DNA of 63,992 bases, the filler included, from Chrysochromulina tobinii (lineage: Eukaryota), in assembly GCA_001275005.1 (NCBI GenBank). It is 8 parts of 8 records of this genome, joined end to end, with 100 filler letters (N's around TTAATTAATTAA, not from the genome) between each part and the next. Parts side by side here need not be neighbours in the genome. Positions count along the whole stretch, not along the records: positions 57,244 to 62,524 come from JWZX01000360.1; positions 62,625 to 63,992 come from JWZX01000369.1; 6 more parts are not named here. One strand, given 5' to 3'. Made by a program: the position numbers and the translations under genes. The notes beneath the pieces are model-generated. The model was not told where the DNA came from and searched no databases. It saw only the letters and a list, made by a program, of their open reading frames with translations. Below are positions 57,244-63,992 of this stretch, one piece after another (within the stretch, counting starts at the first letter, position 1; each line of letters begins with the position of its first letter).

Positions 57244-58880
57244 GGCTCGGTCGGCGCCGCCCTCGCCGCAACGCGGGCCGCAGAAGACACACGCGTCGCC
57301 GAGCTCGAGGCTCGCGTCGCACAGCTCGCTGCCCTCGCTGCGACCGGGGACCCACACTATGGCCGCGGCCGTGGCCGTGGCCGCGGCCGCGGCCGCGGCT
57401 CTGGCCGCGGCGAACAACCGCGCGTCGAGCCTCCGCGCGACGCGGACGGCCGCATCACCCACTGGATCGCGGGCATGGCACCCTGCTCCACGTGCAAGCA
57501 AAACCACCTCCACCGCGATTGCCCAAAGTGGGTAGCCGAGCAAGCCGCCAAAGAGGCGACCAACGCGACCGCGCAAGCCAAGAAGGAAACCGCGCCGCTC
57601 GAGGCACGCGTATTCGAGTGCGACGAGACCACGTCTTTCGTCGCCTCGGAGAGAGCGATGATTTCCGCTTCGCACGTCGAGAGCGCGACACAGTTCTGGC
57701 CGCGTGAGCCCAGTCGAAGAGCTTGCGTTGGAGGCGGCGGCCGGCCTGCTGGATGCCGTATATTGGTTTGTCCACGCGTGCGATCATGGTACGATCATGG
57801 GCTCGCCGTGCTCATCGTACTTGGGGTAGCCGTGTGCCGCGTGGCAGTACACAACTTCACCGTCGAGGAAATCGCCCTGCAGGTAGGCGGCAACGAGGTC
57901 GACGCTGCGTACACGGCAGCCTGTGAGAGCGGTGAGCAGGCTGGGCGTTGGCGAAGGATTTGGCGGCGGCGGGAATGGATAAGAGTTGCAAGGTGACGGG
58001 CGAGAGTCGCAACTATCCACGGTGGGCTGCTCGGCCAATTGCGAAATTTGTTGCGTTGGCGTACTGCTTGCGCCTCCTTTCCAAATAGGGGCAAGATTCG
58101 GTGCGATTCCTTGGATGCAAGAGAATTTTGCATCGCGAAGAAAATCGCCCGAAATTGGAAGGTCGTCTGGTACCGGTAGGACGCGCGAATAGGTGAAGAA
58201 ATCGTTAAGGTCCACCTCCGGTCCCGCCTGTTCGGCCTCTTGCTCCGGACTCGGTACCGGTCCCGTCGGGCCCCCCTTATGCACCGATGTGAGTCCGGGA
58301 AGACGGTGCCGAGGAGGGCGGCCAGGTTGGTCTCGTCGAGTCCGTCTTAATCACCATCGCAAACTCGTCGCCGGCGTCGATACACCTCTCGCCGGCCCGA
58401 CTCGCCTCAGCACAGACAGCAAGAGCGCCCGCGACGTTTCCTACAACCCCGAGCACCACAACCGAATGAAGCACGTTGCCCGACGCCACTTTTACGTGCG
58501 CGACATGGTCGAGGCCTTTGAGATCGAGGTACCCTTTGTACCAACGGACCTCAACCCGGCGGACTTCTTTACCAAACCCATTCAAAACGCAGCCAAGTTC
58601 TTCAACTTTCGTCGTCAGATCATGAACGAGCCATTTCCGGTCTCGCCTCCACCTTCGACCGAGGGGGGGCGTCAGTGAGCGAGCCTCATATGTACACTAG
58701 TCGGCTCTGAAACGTCTGACCGTTTCTCTAGGCTCGTATTTTGTCCGTTAGGGTTTTTTGGGATTCAGCAGGGAGTTCTCACGGTCTGTCCGTCTCTCTG
58801 CCCGCGCTCGCCCCAGTGCACGCGGTTAAGCTTCCGAGCTCCCTTTAACTCGGTCACGTACATTCACGTACGTCCCGACA
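57244..58880 (+). mobile_element. Ty1/Copia LTR retrotransposon remnant, internally deleted and rearranged
   Basis: Gag RG-tract and zinc knuckle CSTCKQNHLHRDC (+). RT fragment DLVAAYLQG...VYC...GY...KPIYGIQQAGR on the - strand (~57705-57925). RNase H TDSKSARDVSYNPEHHNRMKHVARRHFYVRDMV...NPADFFTKP (+, to 58678). Polypurine tract GAGGGGGGG at 58661, then a putative 3' LTR (~58670-58880). Confidence 0.85.
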
Positions 58881-59296
58881 GCTCGTACGACCCAAGCAGT
58901 GCGCTGCACAAGTTGCTGTACAGCGAAACCGTGCCCCACCCGGACGACGTCTTCTACGTTCTCGTGGTGCGCGCGGCCCTCGGCTTCCCCGTGCGCACGC
59001 AGCGTATGCTGGACAACAGGCCTAGCAGCCGATCACATGACCTTCGAGCCGCACGGGTCACCTCGATGGACAATGGCGCGCCCATCTTCCCCGTCAACTG
59101 CCGTGAGCTCTCGCCAGTGCCGGGTGTCACGCCAAAAATCTATCACCATTCGCTGATTGCCGAGCTGGGCAGGGATATCGCACGCTACCGCGAGTTTGTT
59201 CTCTTCCACGGCGACTACGTGCACATCGACTACGTCATCGCATACCACCGCTACGATGGCGGCCAGAAGCTGCATATGGCCGACAGTCCCGTATGA
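58874..59296 (+). CDS. C-terminal half of a PARP/ARTD-like catalytic domain (inverted relative to its N-terminal half)
   Basis: DSSYDPSSALHKLLY...VFYVLVVRAALG...HHSLIAELG...RYREFVLFHGDYVHIDYVIAYHR. No start codon of its own. Confidence 0.75.
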   Translation, partial: PDSSYDPSSALHKLLYSETVPHPDDVFYVLVVRAALGFPVRTQRMLDNRPSSRSHDLRAARVTSMDNGAPIFPVNCRELSPVPGVTPKIYHHSLIAELGRDIARYREFVLFHGDYVHIDYVIAYHRYDGGQKLHMADSPV

Positions 59297-59597
59297 GGCT
59301 AACAAACAGGCATAGCAAGTTCTGGGCGCCGGCCCAGGTTACGCGTGCTGGCGAGGGAGCCGGGAGGTGCCGGGCATGCGGTCCATGGAGCAGGGGGGCG
59401 TCTCGCGGTCGTCGCCTGTGAGCGGGAGGCGGCAGGGTCTTCGGGTTTGCAGGGGGCGACCTCTTCTGACGTTCTGTGTATCCTCGGCCGCGGGGTTCGG
59501 TCGGCTCCAGGGTACTTGTGGCTGAGTCGGCCGCGGATTCGGTCGCGCGATCGTGCGTGTGCGTTGGTGGGTGGGGTTAGTCAGCAAAATGAAGACT

Positions 59598-60152
59598 GCC
59601 GACGTACTGATCCGTCTTGCCAGCGTCCTCCGCTAGGTAGACGCCGTCGCCAAAGGCGGCGCCCGCGCCGCCCCCTGCGAAGCGCTCGTTCAGGCCCGTG
59701 GACAGCAGGTCTAGCAGCCGATCTGGGTTGACACCATGCAAGAGGATGACCTCATTGCAAGCCTGCGAGAGGGTGAAGCCGCGCACGCGATCCGTCCTCA
59801 CGGGCATGCCGGGCAAGCGGGAGACAATGATGCCCATCCTCTCGATATCCTGCCTCACACGCCTCACGCCGGCCTTGTACTTGTCCAGGTTGCATGGATG
59901 GTCGACCTTCCACGCACACGCAAGCTTCAGCGAGTCATACGGGCCATAGTCACTGGACACGTCCCTGCCCCAGCCGAGCCACTCTGGGTGCTCTGTCTGG
60001 AGCAGCGCCTCAAGCGAGCTTAGCATGTGCGCATCAGACACATGCCGAAGGGCAAAGCCGTACCCCGCCGGTGCGATACAATTGCAGTAGCTGTAACTGA
60101 GCGCCGCCAAAGCGCCGACGAGCAGCAGGAGCGGAAGAGAAAGCTTGAGGGG

Positions 60153-60210
<58 letters not shown>

Positions 60211-62524
60211 AGGGGGGAGACTTGCGGTGGAGGCGGCGGCGGGTCGAGGATGAGAATCTGCTGCGGCAGGCGACCCTTCGCCGAGCTGAACGTGCGAATT
60301 TGCCGCAGGTCTGAGTGCAGAAAGACGCCATCGTCATCGATCCAGCGGAACAGGTACTCCATCGACGAGTCAAAGCGAGCGCTTGGGGCGAGCTCAAGGA
60401 AGTAGACGTTTGTCTTGCTCCTACTCCATCCAGCTGCCTTCGACAGGCCATAAAGACGCGATGACATCATTTCTGGCGCCTCGTGCGTCCAGTCTACGCT
60501 GATAAAGTCTGCCGCGTCAATGGACGCAAGCACCACGCTCGTTTGACGTGTATTCTCCTCAAAGGCAACAAGACCCTTCCACTGCTTGTTGGGTGAGGGC
60601 TGAGTAATGCCAAAACAAACCAAGCCAGGGCCTCCAGCGACACACCCAGCTGAACGCCGAGGACGAATCACGAGCTCGACGAGATCCTCCGCGCCGTTAT
60701 CAGCACTATCACAAGATGCGAGGAGAGAACCGAAAGTCGCACAGTCAGCTCATTGAAAGGGGGCGAGATCGCATTTCGAGGCACACAGCAGTACCTCAAG
60801 ACAAGCCGCTGCACATACTCGCGGCTGCCATCGTAATTTGCGTCCACAGCCTTCATGTTGAAGACAAATGGGTGGGCAAACTGGTCCTCCGCAAAGTGCG
60901 ACGGTGAGCCTTCAATGGTGAGCCTCTTCGCTCCAAGCTGTCGCGCCTGCACTCCTCGGCCCTCCTCGTGGGTTGGGTATGCCTTGGCCACCTCGGATGC
61001 TGAGAAGACGCCATCGTCATCGATCCATTTGAAGAGGTACTGCATGGACGGGTCCAGTCGCATATCCGGCGCGAACTCGAGCCAGTACACGCTCTTGTGC
61101 GCGCTCCGGATGCCCACGTGGTACGTTTGGCAGAGTTTGCCCACCCGTGTCTTGCAGCACTCGGGTCGTTTGCGGTGCCATGGTGTGCAGATCAACGAGC
61201 CGCGTGCCTTTGCGAGTGCATACCTGGACAGCTGCACTCGGCTGGGCCGCAACAGGTCGTAACCACTCTGCGCCCACGCGATGCTGCTTGTGTCGTCCTC
61301 GGCGATCTCGGCAATCAACTGCCCTGCGTCTTTGAGCGACCCGACCTCGGTCCCGAATTCCACGATCCCCTTCCACCCCTTGTTGGGTGTGGGCTGTGTC
61401 AAACCTGTCACAGTTGGGAGTCGAGCGCGAATCTCTGATCGCGGCCTTCAGTGGAATGAGAGTCGCGCAACAAGTTGAGCCTCCATATCGGAGACGCACC
61501 GAGACGCAATACATTGGGATTAGTCTGCATGTCCATCTTGGTGCGTGGGCTGATCACAAGCTCGACGATATCTTGCAGCCCATCTGCACTCGTGGCGAGG
61601 ACCAAGCGCTGCGTGTAGGAACGCGTGCCGTCATAGTCGGGATCAAACTCCCTCATGTTGAAGACGAAGGGCTGGAGGGTACAGGCGTCCTCGGCCGAAT
61701 CTTGTGGTGGATCGCCAAACACAAAGTCAATCATCTCCGTGACGCCACGACCCACCACATAGCCCCCGCCCGCGACACCAACGGTCAGTTCTGTCGCACC
61801 GAGGACGAGCGCTGTGTCAGCTGAAATTGCCGCCCCCATTGAAGCTGCGGAAGTGACTCCAATACCAGCTACTGCAGCACCCGCCGTACTAGCACTGACA
61901 AGCGCAAGTGTATCTGTCACAGCGCTGACCAATGCGGTGCCAATGTACGTGGCCACGAAAACTGGGGCAGCCGTCACGGCGTAGACCGCCAGCCCACCAC
62001 CAATCGCCACACTACCAACCGTGATGGCGGTGTAGCGTAAGATAAGCTCCGACGTGTCTGTCGCCACTTCAATCACCGCTCCGTTACACTGAAGCGCCGA
62101 CAAGTCTGCCATGGACCCGATCTCTGCCTCCAGCTGCCGCCGCTCGACGGAAATAGTCGCTGTCGTACCCGGTGGCGCGCCCATCCGCTGCAGATGGTTG
62201 CCCTCTGGGGGAGATGCCATCTCGGTGAGAACTGGGCGTGATACCCTCGTATCAAGACCGCTGATGTTGCTCGAAAAAGCGTCCCAAAGCTGGCGCCGTG
62301 CGGGGGTGATCGTGATGCCACGCATGATGGCATGGCGTTCCTCGAGCGTGATCTGGCGCACGGCAACAGACGGCTGCGAGCGCGTTTGGAGTTCGGCGAG
62401 CTGCTGACCGAGCGTGAGCACGACGGCGAGCAGCACGGAGAACCATATCAGCGAGCACCGCGCCCGGGAGCAGCCGCAGCAGGCGAGGGCATTCGTCGGT
62501 TTTGGCGTGGGCGCGTTGGCCGGT
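59598..62524 (-). CDS. Spliced membrane protein: TM, hydrophobic Gly/Ala region, two copies of an unknown ~200-aa domain, TM, N-terminal half of PARP/ARTD catalytic domain; 5' partial
   Basis: GT-AG introns 61499-61405 and 60794-60706 join the three track ORFs in frame and restore repeat-to-repeat alignment. TM LSLPLLLLVGALAALSYSY. PARP motifs NEVILLHGV...GLNERFAG...FGDGVYLAEDAGKTDQY. Confidence 0.78.
60153..60210 (-). repeat. (CAGGAG)n coding microsatellite (QE repeat linker)
   Basis: Directly visible hexamer repeat just before the TM helix. Confidence 0.9.
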
Positions 62525-62624
62525 NNNNNNNNNNNNNNNNNNNNNNNNNNNNNNNNNNNNNNNNNNNNTTAATTAATTAANNNNNNNNNNNNNNNNNNNN
62601 NNNNNNNNNNNNNNNNNNNNNNNN

Positions 62625-63229
62625 CATCGGCTGCCATCAGACGACCGAGCAGCTCGAAGCCTGCCTGACGCAGCTCCTCCTCGAGCCCCGTGCCCGTCAC
62701 CACGGTCACCCGCGTACCCGCTCCACCGCGCGCCAGCGCCACCCTCAGCGTGGGCAGTTCCGCCCTCGCAGCGGCCTCACTGAGCTCAACGTACGTGTTG
62801 CGCCCGACCAGAGCGCCCACGTCCCTGCCTGCGATCAGTCGCCGCCGCCGAAGTCGCCCCAGCCAGTCGGGCGCTCCGAGCGTCTGCCAAGCCTGCTGGT
62901 AGCCGCCCGCCTGCGAGTAGTACAACTCACGAAAGTCAAGCTCACTGATCGGTGCCGAACAGCTACCGATCACGGGCAACAGCGCCTCGGTGACCGCTGC
63001 AGCCGTGGCGGCCGCAACGCGTTCCGCGCACGCCCCCGCTGTCATCTCGGCCGTCTCGGCTCCATCCGCCGCCTCCAGCGCCTCTGCCTCCACCGTCCAA
63101 CTCTCGACCGTCTCGGCCGACGGCGGTGCCTCCGCCTCTGGGCCTGATGCCCCGCCCACCAAAGAGAGTCCCGCCGAGGGCGAAGCGTCGCCCGCGCCTC
63201 TCAGCCACGCCGCCAGCTCTCTACGAGCC
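62625..63229 (-). CDS. Inverted copy of the downstream continuation of the methyltransferase ORF (unknown C-terminal region)
   Basis: The reverse complement of 63186-63229 equals 63949-63992. The frame reads ARRELAAWLRGAGDASPSAGLSLVGGASG...ELDFRELYYSQAGGYQQAW... and is open to the linker. Confidence 0.7.
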
Positions 63230-63992
63230 AGCCACGGGATCGATGTGGAGGCTCAGCCTGATTTTGTGCGTCGGTTTGGATCGACGAGCTTCTCAATCGG
63301 AGATGGGACGTCCTGGGCGGACGTGGGCGGCGTCGGGCGCCGGGTGCGAGCTTTTGGCGCCGGGGCGAGCCCTCCGTGCCAGTTCTACTCGACGGCGCGC
63401 AGGCAAGGCGACACGGTGTCGCAGCCACCACTCATCGACGCAACGAGAGACATGCTCGAGGCGCTCTTCGAGTACTGGTGGATGGAGAACGTGCTCGGGG
63501 CGCGTAAGCACATGGCGGCGGGCGCGACTGAGCTCTATGGTGCGCTCTTTGGCTTGCGCGTGGACCGAGTGAGGCTCATCGAGACGAGCTTTGAGATGCA
63601 CGTGGACGAGGAGTTGCGGCGGCCAGCAGAGGAGCTGCGTGCTCGATGCTGCCTGGGCGCGCGCCGTCGGTGGCGGCGACTGGATGCTTTCGGGCGTCCG
63701 GAGCGCGGACCGTGTTGCGCAGGCAACATCTTTGCGGTGCAGGGCACGTCGCCGTGGCGATGCACATCTGTTGAGTGCGCTGACGCGATGGGCGTGGACC
63801 GAGGCGCGATGACGTACGACCGGCTGGCGCAGTCGCTGCCGCCGGCGTATATCGAGCTTGTGTTTGCACAGATGTGCATGCGTGCGGCGCACGACCGTTT
63901 TGGTGCGCCGGCGATCACGTTCGATGCGATGATGGAGCGGCCGGCATCGGCTCGTAGAGAGCTGGCGGCGTGGCTGAGAGGCGCGGGCGACG
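63230..63992 (+). CDS. C5 DNA cytosine methyltransferase, phage/bacterial type, partial (absent from ORF track because it runs off the window)
   Basis: Hand translation from 63230: SHGIDVEAQPDF...GD...GASPPCQFYS (motif IV)...PPLIDATRDML...WWMENVLGA (VI)...LYGALFGLRVDRVRLIETSF (VIII)...AMGVDRGAMTYDRLAQSLPPAY (IX/X). Motif I is missing at the 5' junction. Confidence 0.85.

Noticed and set aside
60668..61411. 4-bp GTGA stop/start overlaps suggesting a bacterial-style operon of three genes
   Set aside because: Canonical GT-AG introns (61499-61405, 60794-60706) join the frames and restore alignment between the duplicated domains.
11710..62624. Recurrent TTAATTAATTAA motif within N-runs, and ORFs ending ...XXXLIN
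   Set aside because: These are identical synthetic 100-bp contig spacers. They are not biological, and gene neighbourhoods across them are meaningless.

Overview
This is high-GC eukaryotic DNA, most likely from a haptophyte (prymnesiophyte) alga. That assignment is an inference from the intron style, CCCTAA repeats, the Sec7+TBC GEF, HET/ARM proteins and SPPPP proteins. The window is not one locus. Seven artificial 100-bp linkers (N44-TTAATTAATTAA-N44) join eight contigs: 1-11709, 11810-19945, 20046-21567, 21668-39260, 39361-49521, 49622-57143, 57244-62524 and 62625-63992. Adjacency across a linker therefore means nothing. Recognisable genes are TIM44, a HAD phosphatase, a dysbindin-like BLOC-1 subunit, two RING-H2 ligases, an OGFOD2-like 2OG-Fe(II) oxygenase, GT32/GT77/GT8 glycosyltransferases, a Sec7-PH-TBC Arf-GEF, an exon-per-repeat LRR gene, a ~2450-aa ARM/IQ/EF-hand/WW/ankyrin scaffold, an FGE-fold protein, a calmodulin-like protein, a FAM227-like protein and a rearranged Copia remnant. 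Four signals stand out. (1) A phage-type C5 cytosine methyltransferase at the window end, missed by the ORF track. (2) A spliced, membrane-tethered PARP-like ADP-ribosyltransferase with a duplicated unknown domain, whose catalytic domain is split by an inversion. (3) A HET-like effector fused to near-identical ARM repeats with focused variable positions. (4) Many introns built from microsatellite or telomeric repeats plus copies of their own exon junctions. Several inversions and a fold-back suggest amplification or assembly chimeras may be present.
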